Assembly: GCF_000017845.1 (NCBI RefSeq)
Contig: NC_010546.1
Location: 4,770,001-4,802,000 of the forward strand
Length of the DNA: 32,000 nt
Direction: 5' to 3'
DNA from: Crocosphaera subtropica ATCC 51142
GTDB lineage: Bacteria > Cyanobacteriota > Cyanobacteriia > Cyanobacteriales > Microcystaceae
Shown here: in pieces, positions 9,457-19,422 of the stretch
Layout: every line of letters starts with the position of its first letter
Numbering within the stretch: position 1 is the first letter of the stretch
Program-made: the position numbers and the translations under genes
The notes under the pieces: model-generated
The model's input: the letters and a program-made list of their open reading frames with translations, nothing else
Databases searched by the model: none
What the model was told of the DNA's origin: nothing

Positions 9457-11469
9457 ATGGTCGCTGCCACCCAGTCACTCGAAGAACTTTGTATTAATTC
9501 TATTCGTTTTTTAGCAGTTGATGCTGTAGAAAAAGCAAAATCAGGACACCCAGGACTGCCCATGGGTGCGGCTCCGATGGCTTATGTCCTGTGGGATAAG
9601 TTTATGCGGTTCAATCCCAAGAATCCCAAATGGTTTAACCGCGATCGCTTCATTTTATCGGCGGGTCATGGCTGTATGTTACAGTATGCCCTACTCTATT
9701 TGACCGGTTACGATAGTGTCACCATTGAAGACATTAAACAATTCCGTCAATGGGGATCGAAAACTCCCGGACACCCAGAAAACTTTGAAACCGAAGGGGT
9801 CGAAGTGACCACTGGACCCCTAGGACAAGGGATCGCCAACGGTGTGGGATTAGCTTTAGCAGAAGCCCATTTAGCAGCTACCTTCAACAAACCTGATGCA
9901 ACCATTGTGGATCATTACACCTATGTCATCCTAGGGGATGGTTGCAATATGGAAGGGGTAGCCAGTGAAGCTTGTTCGGCTGCTGGTCACTGGGGGTTAG
10001 GCAAACTCATCGCCCTTTATGACGATAACCACATCTCTATTGATGGTTCTACCGATGTAGCCTTTACCGAAGATGTATCCAAACGCTTTGAAGCTTACGG
10101 TTGGCACGTTCTCCATGTCGAAAATGGTAACACCGATTTAGATGGCATTGCCAAGGCGATCGAAGAAGCCAAAAAAGTCACCGATAAGCCTTCGATGATC
10201 AAAGTTACCACCACCATCGGGTATGGTTCCCCCAACAAACAAAACACCGCCGGGGTTCACGGGGCTGCTTTAGGTCCGGATGAAGTTGCCTTAACTCGTC
10301 ATAACTTAGGTTGGGATCATGAACCTTTTGTTGTCCCTCAAGATGTGCTAAGCCACATGAATAAAGCCATCGAACGGGGGGCAAACTATGAAGAGGAATG
10401 GAATAAAGCCTTTGAAACTTACAAGGCTAAATATCCCGCAGAAGCAGCTGAGTTTGAACGCTATTTAAGTGGCCAACTGCGTGAGGGTTGGGAAAAAGAA
10501 CTACCCACCTTTACCCCCGATGATGCAGCCAATGCTACCCGTAAACATTCTGCTGCTATCCTCAATAAACTAGCTCCTGTGATTCCTGAATTAATCGGCG
10601 GATCGGCTGATTTAACCCACTCTAACTTAACGGAATTAAAGGTTTCCGGTGATTTCCAAAAAGGACAGTATGGTAACCGTAACGTTCACTTTGGAGTTAG
10701 AGAACATGGAATGGGGGCTATCTGTAACGGAATGGCCTTACATGGTTCGGGTTTAATTCCTTATGGTGCGACCTTCCTGATCTTTACTGATTATATGCGG
10801 GCTTCTATCCGTTTATCGGCCTTATCTCAAGCTGGAGTGATCTGGGTGATGACTCACGACTCCATCGGACAAGGGGAAGATGGTCCGACTCACCAACCCG
10901 TGGAAGTGTTGGCTTCTTTACGAGCTATTCCTAATTTAACCGTTATTCGTCCTGCGGATGGTAATGAGTGTTCTGGAGCTTATAAAATAGCTATTGAGAA
11001 GGCTAAGCAAAATGCCCCTACTTTGATGGCTTTCACTCGTCAGAATGTACCTAACCTCCCCGGAACTTCTATCGAAGGAGTAACTAAGGGAGCTTATACT
11101 ATTGTCGACTGTGACGGAACCCCTGACATCATCCTCATTGGAACCGGTTCAGAAGTGAGTCTTTGTGTCACGGCTGCTGAAAAATTAACCGCCGAAGGTA
11201 AGAAAGTTCGGGTGGTTTCTATGCCTTCTTGGGAGCTATTTGAAGCGCAAGACGAAGCTTATAAAGAATCTGTTCTTCCTAAAGCTGTCACGAAACGGGT
11301 ATCCGTTGAAGCCGGTGTTAGCTTTGGTTGGGCCAAATATGTCGGAACCGAAGGTGATACCGTCAGTATTGATACTTTTGGGGCTTCTGCTCCGGGTGCA
11401 ACCTGCATGGAAAAATTTGGCTTTAGTGTAGACAATGTTTTAGCGAAAGCAAAAGCTGTTTTAGGATAA
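9457..11469 (+). CDS. tkt: Transketolase
   Basis: 670 aa. Motifs [14 protein letters not shown] and GDGCNMEGV (TPP motif), plus the transketolase C-terminal domain. Confidence 0.95.
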   Translation: MVAATQSLEELCINSIRFLAVDAVEKAKSGHPGLPMGAAPMAYVLWDKFMRFNPKNPKWFNRDRFILSAGHGCMLQYALLYLTGYDSVTIEDIKQFRQWGSKTPGHPENFETEGVEVTTGPLGQGIANGVGLALAEAHLAATFNKPDATIVDHYTYVILGDGCNMEGVASEACSAAGHWGLGKLIALYDDNHISIDGSTDVAFTEDVSKRFEAYGWHVLHVENGNTDLDGIAKAIEEAKKVTDKPSMIKVTTTIGYGSPNKQNTAGVHGAALGPDEVALTRHNLGWDHEPFVVPQDVLSHMNKAIERGANYEEEWNKAFETYKAKYPAEAAEFERYLSGQLREGWEKELPTFTPDDAANATRKHSAAILNKLAPVIPELIGGSADLTHSNLTELKVSGDFQKGQYGNRNVHFGVREHGMGAICNGMALHGSGLIPYGATFLIFTDYMRASIRLSALSQAGVIWVMTHDSIGQGEDGPTHQPVEVLASLRAIPNLTVIRPADGNECSGAYKIAIEKAKQNAPTLMAFTRQNVPNLPGTSIEGVTKGAYTIVDCDGTPDIILIGTGSEVSLCVTAAEKLTAEGKKVRVVSMPSWELFEAQDEAYKESVLPKAVTKRVSVEAGVSFGWAKYVGTEGDTVSIDTFGASAPGATCMEKFGFSVDNVLAKAKAVLG

Positions 11470-11503
11470 TTCATTCCTAATTCTTGTTATTAATCAATTC
11501 AAA

Positions 11504-11529
11504 CCCTCTAAGTTTTTAGGGGGTTTTTT
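11504..11529 (+). terminator. Rho-independent terminator of tkt
   Basis: Stem CCCTCTAA/TTAGGGGG with loop GTTT, followed by TTTTTT, 35 nt after the tkt stop codon. Confidence 0.7.
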
Positions 11530-11703
11530 CTTATTGCCCTTAAATCTTATATGAAATCTCTATATTTGCTACAAAAGACTGCAAGAAAACCCATGAGGAA
11601 GGGGAGTAGGGAGATATATAATTTGTAGCATTCTTATTTCTATTTGATATTACGAGGTAATAATTCATGATTATAATAGATTCGCAGTCAATTGATATTA
11701 TTC

Positions 11704-13146
11704 ATGGATAAGACCTTAAAAATAATCTTGGCTAGTTTAAGTACCATTGGGACAATAGCCGTTATTGTTGTCCTTTGGGAATTGGCATTTAAACCTCTTC
11801 TCATTAGTGATAAAAAGCCGATTTCTAATCCAACCCCTACTATTAGCCCTTCCCCCACATCAAGCCCCTCTCCTAGCAATCCTAGTTTATCAGGAATTCC
11901 CTTAGAAGAGCGGTTCAGTAGTGGCGATCGCCGTTTATTTACTAATCGAAATAACCCTAGTGCAGAGAAAGGAATAGCAGCTTTTCAAGCCCGAAACTAT
12001 GAGGAAGCTGATCAGCATTTTAGTGAAGCTGTTAAGACTGCGCCTAACGATCCAGAAGTTCAAATTTATCTTAATAATGCACAGGCCAGAAAAGCAGGAA
12101 ACCCTTTTACGTTAGCTGCTGTGGTGCCGGTTGATCAAAAACCCACTAACGCAGAGGAAATGTTACGGGGGGTGGCACAGGCTCAAACTCAATTTAATCA
12201 ACAAGGGTTAAATGCTAGACTATTAGAAATTGTGATTGTTAATGATAGTAATGATCCTAATTATGCTCAACAAGTGGCTAAAAAAATTGTCAATAATAAG
12301 GACATTTTAGGTGTAATTGGCCATAATTCTAGTAGTGCCACGGCCGAGGGGTTAAAAGAATATGAAACAGCAGAAATAGCTATGATTTCTCCCACTAGCA
12401 CCAGCACCAGTTTATCCGGTAATGTCTTTTTTAGAACCCTTCCATCGGATGCCAAAGCAGGACAATTTTTAGCACGATATGCCATTCAAAATAATATGAG
12501 TCAAGTGGCTGTTTTTTATACGTCTACAAGCAATTATAGTCAAAGTCTTAAAGACGCTTTTGTTAAAGGGTTTGAACTATTGGGAACCACAACGGTGATA
12601 GATATGAGCCTTCCTAATTTTAATCCCAAAAATACAGTGGAAGCTTTAGAAACTCAAGTAGATGGGTTTGTTTTATTTCCTGATACTGACAATAAAATTA
12701 TTAACCTTGCTTTACAGGTTGCTGATGCTAATACTCGGTTATCAAACCCCAAACCATTATTAGGAGGGGATGCTCTATATAATCCTGCAACCTTAAAATT
12801 AAGTCAAGGCGGTGTAACGGGTTTAGTATTAGCAGTTCCCTGGTTTGCTAAGAATAGTTATCCTTACACAAATTTAGCAGCTAAACGATGGGGAGGACGA
12901 GTCAGTTGGCGCACAGCCACCAGTTATGATGCTACTAAAGCGTTTACTAAAGCATTGTCTGAAAATGCTACCAGAAATAGTGTTTTAACTAATTTACAAC
13001 AAACGAATTTATCTTCTAATGAAACATCAGGAGAACCCATACAATTTCTTAAAAGTGGCGATCGCAATACTGATCCTTTATTAGTTCGAGTCATTTCTAA
13101 CAGTAATAATTTTGCTGAGTATGATTTTGAAATTATCAAAGATTAA
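11704..13146 (+). CDS. Membrane-anchored LivK-type (Peripla_BP_6-like) substrate-binding protein with Pro/Ser linker and TPR-like segment
   Basis: N-terminal TM segment, then linker NPTPTISPSPTSSPSPSNPS and TPR-like AFQARNYEEADQHFSEAVKTAPNDPE. The binding-protein core reads VVPVD...GVIGHNSSSAT...ISPTSTS. I prefer the ATG at 11704 over the TTG at 11692. Confidence 0.7.
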   Translation: MDKTLKIILASLSTIGTIAVIVVLWELAFKPLLISDKKPISNPTPTISPSPTSSPSPSNPSLSGIPLEERFSSGDRRLFTNRNNPSAEKGIAAFQARNYEEADQHFSEAVKTAPNDPEVQIYLNNAQARKAGNPFTLAAVVPVDQKPTNAEEMLRGVAQAQTQFNQQGLNARLLEIVIVNDSNDPNYAQQVAKKIVNNKDILGVIGHNSSSATAEGLKEYETAEIAMISPTSTSTSLSGNVFFRTLPSDAKAGQFLARYAIQNNMSQVAVFYTSTSNYSQSLKDAFVKGFELLGTTTVIDMSLPNFNPKNTVEALETQVDGFVLFPDTDNKIINLALQVADANTRLSNPKPLLGGDALYNPATLKLSQGGVTGLVLAVPWFAKNSYPYTNLAAKRWGGRVSWRTATSYDATKAFTKALSENATRNSVLTNLQQTNLSSNETSGEPIQFLKSGDRNTDPLLVRVISNSNNFAEYDFEIIKD

Positions 13147-13152
13147 TGAGTT

Positions 13153-15090
13153 ATGAAATTATCTATATTTACTTATCCTATCAGTTTGATTATCTTATGT
13201 TTAACTCCATTAATAAGCTGTTCTTCTGGTCTTGTTAACACAACAATCCTAACACCAAAACTTAGCCAAATGTCTTCTCTAAAATTGCCTGAAGTTGAGC
13301 CAAAATACCGTAATCAATGGACAGCAGCATTAGAAAAAGACTTTCAAAAAAGAGCCTTAGAAATTATTGATTTTTATGCCGATAGAAAAAGTTACGGTAA
13401 TGCCTACGGAGAAAATGAAAAACGGTCTTATCCTAGGGCAATGTTGGATTTTTTAGCAGGAAATGAAGAGAAGGCGATCGCTTTTTTACAACAAGAAGAC
13501 CCTCAAGCTGAACGACATCAACATACGGACGGCATTGATTACTATTATTGTTTTACGTTAAAAGGACAAATTCGTAAGTATTTCTTATACGGAAAATTTC
13601 TCGAACCTGACTATAAACAACGAATGTTTGAAGGGGCAAAAAAATGGACATCTGAAGATCCTTTAATGCGTCCCCACCCTGTTTACGGGTTAGGAGATGG
13701 TAGTGGTAGAGACTGGGATATTAGTCGCCGAGGAAGATGGGTTGATGGTAGAAATACAGACAATTTAAGGGCGATGAGAGAAACATCTGTTTACTTGATG
13801 GCTGAAGAAACAGGTAACGAAGAAACACGGTTAATTTATAAAGAAAAAATCCAGCGATATGTCTGGGCTTTATATCATATTGGTATGGGAGAATGGGACT
13901 CAGAAGTGTATCACGGACATACGTTTGCACCCTATCTAAATCTTTATGATTTTGCCAAAGATCCTGAAGTTAAATTATTAGCAAAAGCAGCTTTAGATTG
14001 GATGTCTGTGGCTGCTGCCATTAAATATTATCGAGGAGGTTGGGGAGGCCCAGTAAAACGAGATTATGGAGGGGGAAATGTAGCGATGGGGTCATCTTCT
14101 GCTAGAACTTTTTGGTTATATTTTGGCGATACTCCTTTACCCAATCATCACCCTGAAGAGGATACTTTATTCTTAATTACCAGTTCCTATCGTCCCCCTT
14201 TAGCGGCGGTAAAATTAGCCCATAAAGACTTTAAAAAACCTTTAGAAATTCTTAGCACTAAACCGTTATATGAAAATTGGAAACCTGGGAATTCTGATGA
14301 ACCGGGTTACTGGGAAACGCAGTTTTTTGGCAATACTTATCAGATGGGAAGTTTAGCTGCTAAATTTGCTGATGGTGATGTTGCCCCGTTTAAATTAATG
14401 GCTGATAATTCTCAGCGAGGGGTTGATTATTTTGTGGTTAATACGGGGAAAAAGTTGGTTAGGCCAGGTAAACAACCAGGGGATCAAATAGGACAATATC
14501 GTAATCTTTTGATTTGGTTGCGTCCTCCCTCTCAGTCTAATTTTAATTTTCAAATACCTAACAATTCTCTAGCAGAAATTGAGGAGAATATTTGGTTTTT
14601 AAAACTTGAAAAAACTTGGTTAGCAGTGCATCCTATTAACTTAAAATCTTACCAAGAAGTGACTAATAATAAAGATAAATATTTACAAGAAAGATTTTTA
14701 ACAGCAGAAAAAAATCAGGAAAACTTTTACGGGTTCGTTTTAGAAGTTGGGGAAAAAGAAACTCATGGAAGTTATGAACAATTCAAAGAAAATAGCAAAA
14801 AAAAGAGTCAGCTTAATTTAGAAAAGCTGACTAGAGGAATTGTCAATTATCAAGGAACTAACGGACAAACCTTACAATTAATTTACAATACGCTTAATCT
14901 TTTACCGATGATTATCCGTAATGGCGACTTACATCAATGGTCAAAAAATTTTGCCCTTTATAACAGCCAAACTAAAGATAAGCAACCTATCTTTCTGGGT
15001 TACAAAGAAGGAAAACTACAAATCAAAGCAGGGGGTTATGAGTTTACAACTGAAGTTAGTAATGAGAGAAAAGTTGTGGTTTCTCCCTAA
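13153..15090 (+). CDS. Hypothetical lipoprotein of unknown function
   Basis: 645-aa ORF starting 7 nt after the preceding gene. Lipobox-like signal LTPLISCSSG. I recognised no family motif. Confidence 0.6.
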   Translation: MKLSIFTYPISLIILCLTPLISCSSGLVNTTILTPKLSQMSSLKLPEVEPKYRNQWTAALEKDFQKRALEIIDFYADRKSYGNAYGENEKRSYPRAMLDFLAGNEEKAIAFLQQEDPQAERHQHTDGIDYYYCFTLKGQIRKYFLYGKFLEPDYKQRMFEGAKKWTSEDPLMRPHPVYGLGDGSGRDWDISRRGRWVDGRNTDNLRAMRETSVYLMAEETGNEETRLIYKEKIQRYVWALYHIGMGEWDSEVYHGHTFAPYLNLYDFAKDPEVKLLAKAALDWMSVAAAIKYYRGGWGGPVKRDYGGGNVAMGSSSARTFWLYFGDTPLPNHHPEEDTLFLITSSYRPPLAAVKLAHKDFKKPLEILSTKPLYENWKPGNSDEPGYWETQFFGNTYQMGSLAAKFADGDVAPFKLMADNSQRGVDYFVVNTGKKLVRPGKQPGDQIGQYRNLLIWLRPPSQSNFNFQIPNNSLAEIEENIWFLKLEKTWLAVHPINLKSYQEVTNNKDKYLQERFLTAEKNQENFYGFVLEVGEKETHGSYEQFKENSKKKSQLNLEKLTRGIVNYQGTNGQTLQLIYNTLNLLPMIIRNGDLHQWSKNFALYNSQTKDKQPIFLGYKEGKLQIKAGGYEFTTEVSNERKVVVSP

Positions 15091-15126
15091 ACATCTAAAA
15101 ACTATTTTGTTAACGACAAAATTTCA

Positions 15127-15240
15127 TTAGGTTGTTTCTGGTTGATAAGTGAATAACCAAAGTAAAAGGGGTGATATAATGGTGCAAGCAAGGCTAATTA
15201 AGCCAATGACTTCTAATGCTTGTGTAAAATCAGTAGACAT
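15127..15240 (-). CDS. Candidate 37-aa single-pass membrane peptide
   Basis: MSTDFTQALEVIGLISLACTIISPLLLWLFTYQPETT. GGAGG lies 9 nt upstream of the ATG. It falls below the length cutoff of the ORF track. Confidence 0.4.
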   Translation of the reverse strand: MSTDFTQALEVIGLISLACTIISPLLLWLFTYQPETT

Positions 15241-15465
15241 CTATATAATCCTCCGAATTTATTAGGCAAACGGTTGAGCATTAATACTCAAAAAGGAAAA
15301 TTTAAGTGATATAAACTCTCGTTAATTCTAGGATACTCAAACAAAATCTATTCTTTAACTTACCTCTAGTATAATTTTAACAAATATTTTTAATCGTTAC
15401 TCTTGATATAAAGAAACCTATAGTTTAGTAAAGTTTTAAAACAACGAATCAAAAGGAATTTATAA

Positions 15466-15770
15466 TTAACGATTAAAACAACTAATAAATTCTCGAAACA
15501 CCCAACCAAATGCCCCGTTTTGACCATATGGTCTCACTAAAGCCCAAGGACGACCTTGAGAGTCATAGTCAATTTTAATAATATAAACTTCAACCCCATT
15601 TTTTAACGTACCCACAAGGCTACCATTGGGGGTTTTCCGAACATTAAGAGGGGTTCGGTTCCCGTGGGATCTGTTACTTTACAGACTTGTTCAGCTTTGG
15701 CAGAATTAAAGGGTAATTGCCACAGAGATAACATTAACAAAAATGATATAATCTTAGATGATTTTAACAT
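15466..15770 (-). pseudogene. Secreted SH3b-domain protein gene with a 1-nt frameshift
   Basis: Frame 1 gives a signal peptide, MLKSSKIISFLLMLSLWQLPFNSAKAEQVCKVTDPTGTE. The next frame continues PLNVRKTPNGSLVGTLKNGVEVYIIKIDYDSQGRPWALVRPYGQNGAFGWVFREFISCFNR. The span is 305 nt, not a multiple of 3. The shift falls at the G4/C4 run at 15650..15653. Confidence 0.65.
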
Positions 15771-16066
15771 AATCTAGTGTTTTTTTCATATCAATAATAT
15801 AAATATAGCACTACATATTATGATTAGGAAGTTGATAAGATTTCTAGTTTCCTCGAAATTACAATTGATACTTTATAATAATAAAATTTGTTCTACTGTT
15901 AATGTTAGATTCGGAAAAGTATTAGAAACAATTACTTGATTATCTGAAAACTCATTAACCTCATACACACTAAAATAAAGTCAATAATATCTGAATGTAA
16001 TGGACTAGCTGGAGTCATTAATCTTAATTCTCCATCTACCAGTTCATAGAGACAATTTGTGTTATT

Positions 16067-16182
<116 letters not shown>

Positions 16183-16310
16183 ATCGTATTCTAGATAATC
16201 TTTAAAGGTTAAATTAACAGAAGTTTTCATCTTTTTTCCTCTAAAATTGAGGTATTCTTAATTGTAACACAACTAATTATAATAACACTAAAAAGACTTA
16301 GGATTAGAAA

Positions 16311-17810
16311 ATGTCAGAACAAAAAAAAGTTGTGGTTGTGGGGGCTGGTTGGGCTGGTTTAGGCGCAACTTATCACTTAGCAAAACAAGGGTACGATGTG
16401 ACTTTATTAGAAGCGTCTCCTTATCCTGGGGGATTAGTTGCTGGTTGGAAAACTGAAGACGGTAAATCCATAGAAGCAGGAATTCATGGCTTTTGGTATC
16501 CTTATAAAAATATTTTTCAATTAGTCAAAGAATTAGGGTTAAATCCGTTTACAAATTGGACTCGTTCTTCTCAATATTCTCCTGCTGGTTTAGAGGTAGA
16601 ATCCCCTATTTTTCAAGATAAACCCCTTTTACCGACTCCTCTAGGAACGTTTCTATATACTAAGTTTCAACGGTTACCTTTAATTGACCGTTTATCAGCA
16701 TTACCTTTACTTTATAGCTTACTGGATTTTGATAATTCTCCTGAAGCTTGGGAACGATATGATAAAGTCACCGCCAGGGAATTGTTTAAACAGTTTGGCG
16801 TATCTTCTCGTCTCTATAAAGATGCTTTTGAACCCATGTTATTAGTGGGTTTATTTGCCCCAGGAGAACAATGTAGTGCAGCAGCAACATTAGGGATGCT
16901 CTATTATTTTATCCTAGCTCATCAACCGAATTTTGATGTAGTTTGGTGTCGAGGAACCGTAGGTGAAATGATTTTTAAACCTTGGGTAGAAAAAATAGAA
17001 ACTTTAGGAGGTAAAATTTTAACCAATAAGCGAGTAACTGATATTATTATTAATAATAAAGGAACAGCCAAAGGGGTTATGTGTGATAATGAAATATTTG
17101 CCGCCGATGCCGTAATTTTAGGGGTTAGCATTAATGGAATTAAAAAGATAGTAGCAAAAAGTAAGGTTTTAAATCAGTACCCAGAATTTTATAATTTATC
17201 TAATTTAGGGGGAATTGATGTTTTAGCGACTCGCTTATGGTTTGATAAAAAAGTTAACATTCCTTTGCCATCTAACGCTTGTTTTGGCTTTGATAAAACC
17301 ACAGGATGGACATTTTTTGATCTCAATAATCTTCATGATGAATATAAAAATTTATCGAGAAGTGTTATTGAGGCAGATTTTTATCACGCTAATCAACTAT
17401 TAACAATGAATGATGAACAAATTATTAACAAAGTTCATCAAGATTTAACCACTTGTATTCCTGGCTTTGCTGATGCTAAGATTGCAGATAGTCGTGTGAT
17501 TAAAGTTCGTCAAGGAGTAACCCACTTTGCCCCTGGTAGCTATCAATATTTACTCCCTGCAAACTCTCCCATCGCTAATTTATACTTAAGTGGAGATTGG
17601 GTTATTACAAATCATGGTTCTTGGTCACAAGAAAAAGCTTATGTGACTGGTTTAGAAGCTGCTAATTTAGTCATCAAACAATTGGGGGGACATCCTGCTA
17701 AGATTATTCCTGTAGAACCCGATGAACCCCATATTCATCTAGGGCGAGTCATTAACCAGAATGTGCGTAAAATAATTAATGATATCATTCCCCAGTTTTG
17801 GCTACCTTAA
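16311..17810 (+). CDS. FAD-dependent oxidoreductase of the amine oxidase/phytoene desaturase superfamily
   Basis: 499 aa. N-terminal dinucleotide fold VVVVGAGWAGLGATYHLAKQGYDVTLLEASPYPGG. C-terminal LYLSGDW flavin motif. Confidence 0.8.
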   Translation: MSEQKKVVVVGAGWAGLGATYHLAKQGYDVTLLEASPYPGGLVAGWKTEDGKSIEAGIHGFWYPYKNIFQLVKELGLNPFTNWTRSSQYSPAGLEVESPIFQDKPLLPTPLGTFLYTKFQRLPLIDRLSALPLLYSLLDFDNSPEAWERYDKVTARELFKQFGVSSRLYKDAFEPMLLVGLFAPGEQCSAAATLGMLYYFILAHQPNFDVVWCRGTVGEMIFKPWVEKIETLGGKILTNKRVTDIIINNKGTAKGVMCDNEIFAADAVILGVSINGIKKIVAKSKVLNQYPEFYNLSNLGGIDVLATRLWFDKKVNIPLPSNACFGFDKTTGWTFFDLNNLHDEYKNLSRSVIEADFYHANQLLTMNDEQIINKVHQDLTTCIPGFADAKIADSRVIKVRQGVTHFAPGSYQYLLPANSPIANLYLSGDWVITNHGSWSQEKAYVTGLEAANLVIKQLGGHPAKIIPVEPDEPHIHLGRVINQNVRKIINDIIPQFWLP

Positions 17811-17845
17811 ACAAAACTAACGTAGTGAACAATTAGAGGTTAATT

Positions 17846-18211
17846 ATGTTTGGAAGACAACCAAAAGAAGAAAATTCTACAGACAATATAGAGGTTCCTG
17901 ATATTATGTTTCCTTCAGAATCTGAACTAGAAGAGGCTTCCCAAGATGACACAGAATTAAGCAAAATTACTAATAGACAAGAATCATCTATTGATGAGGA
18001 AAATCCTGAAGTTGTCACAATAGTTGAGAGAATTAGTGCTATTGTCTCTCCTTATTTTATTGTCGTAGTAGGACTCATTTTATCCGATGATAACTTTTGG
18101 TTAGGGTTACTCTTAATTGCTGTAGGAATACTCTCTTTGTTGAAGATTTCTTTAACGGATATTGTCGGATTATTTATAGAAATTAAAGAAGGATTCACTT
18201 CAGATGATTGA
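17846..18211 (+). CDS. Hypothetical small membrane protein (acidic N-terminus, two predicted TM helices)
   Basis: 121-aa ORF 35 nt downstream of the oxidoreductase gene. Hydrophobic segments YFIVVVGLIL and LGLLLIAVGILSLL. Confidence 0.5.
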   Translation: MFGRQPKEENSTDNIEVPDIMFPSESELEEASQDDTELSKITNRQESSIDEENPEVVTIVERISAIVSPYFIVVVGLILSDDNFWLGLLLIAVGILSLLKISLTDIVGLFIEIKEGFTSDD

Positions 18212-18228
18212 TAGCCATTTTTAGGGTT

Positions 18229-19332
18229 TTATTCTTCAGGAAAAATTGCCCCCCTTTCTAATAGATTGGTTTGGATTTCTGGGGTCATTCCCTCATTATT
18301 GCCAAACTTAGACCCTTGTACTAAAGCACCACTTAAATTGGTTTGAGTCAAGTTAACTTCTTGTAAATTAGCCCCCCTTAAATCAGCCCCAATTAAATTA
18401 GCTAACGCCAGACTACTGCGGTAAAAATCTGCTTGTTGTAAGTTGGCATTACCTAAGTAAGCCCCACTGAGATCAGCCCCACTAAACCGAGTATAACTTA
18501 ATATAGCCTCACTCAAATCAGCATCGGTTAAATTCGCCCCTCGAAAATTACTGTGAGTTAAATTTGCCCCACTTAACTCAATACCACTTAATTCTGTGCC
18601 TAAAAAATTGCCTCCTGCTAAATCAATTTTAGAATTTAATCCTGCAATTTTAATTAATTCTAATAAATTGTTAGTTTTAATATCATAAATGTTATTAATT
18701 AATTGATGTAAATCAGCAAGGTGTTGTGGTTCAACATTAGTGGTAGGACTATCTATTTTTTTGACTTCTAATGCCTTAGAGGTTAATTGAATCATAGAAA
18801 TTTCAGGAGACAGTCTTTGTTTCCACAAAAATTGAGCCAGTTTCCGTTCTAAAATACTATGTTTATTGGGATGGATATCATGTCGCCATAACCCAGTGAT
18901 ATCGGTGATAGAAATATCTGCTAAATTAATCGTATAAGAGATATTAACCTTAACCGATTCATCGGTAGGTTCAATCGTGGCTAAGGAACATGAATTATCA
19001 ATTTTGAGGGTAGATTGTCCTGTTTGAGCAATTAAATGCCATATCGTACTTTGATCAGAAGAGTCTATTAACTTAAACGGTACATCACTATTGAATTGAG
19101 GTTCAATGAGCTTTCCTTGTTGTACTATTAGATTAAGTTTACCCCCTTTGATACCAAACCTAATTTGACCATTGAGTAAGGATTTTTCCTGTTCATTGAA
19201 GCGGAAATTTAACTCTAGGGTAAATTGCCCCTGAGACGTTGCTGATGGTCTGGGGGTGACTTGAAGAAAAACGCACTTTGGATAAGGATTATAAGCGGTG
19301 TGGAGGTGGAGAGAGGGGGCTGATTCCGACAT
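18229..19332 (-). CDS. Pentapeptide-repeat protein with an unknown N-terminal domain of about 240 aa
   Basis: The C-terminal 120 aa are consecutive A(D/N)LxX pentapeptides (ANLTHSNFRGANLTDADLSEAILSYTRFSGADLSGAYLGNANLQQADF...). Confidence 0.85.
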   Translation of the reverse strand: MSESAPSLHLHTAYNPYPKCVFLQVTPRPSATSQGQFTLELNFRFNEQEKSLLNGQIRFGIKGGKLNLIVQQGKLIEPQFNSDVPFKLIDSSDQSTIWHLIAQTGQSTLKIDNSCSLATIEPTDESVKVNISYTINLADISITDITGLWRHDIHPNKHSILERKLAQFLWKQRLSPEISMIQLTSKALEVKKIDSPTTNVEPQHLADLHQLINNIYDIKTNNLLELIKIAGLNSKIDLAGGNFLGTELSGIELSGANLTHSNFRGANLTDADLSEAILSYTRFSGADLSGAYLGNANLQQADFYRSSLALANLIGADLRGANLQEVNLTQTNLSGALVQGSKFGNNEGMTPEIQTNLLERGAIFPEE

Positions 19333-19422
19333 GGTTGAATAATAATCACTTCCTACTTAAAATCATATCATCAAAAGCAATCAATTCTCTAAGTAATTGT
19401 TAATTGTATAATTATTAATTAT

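Noticed and set aside
15640-15660. Possible programmed ribosomal frameshift in the SH3b gene
   Set aside because: There is no slippery heptamer or downstream structure, only a C4 run. A mutation or homopolymer sequencing error is the simpler explanation.
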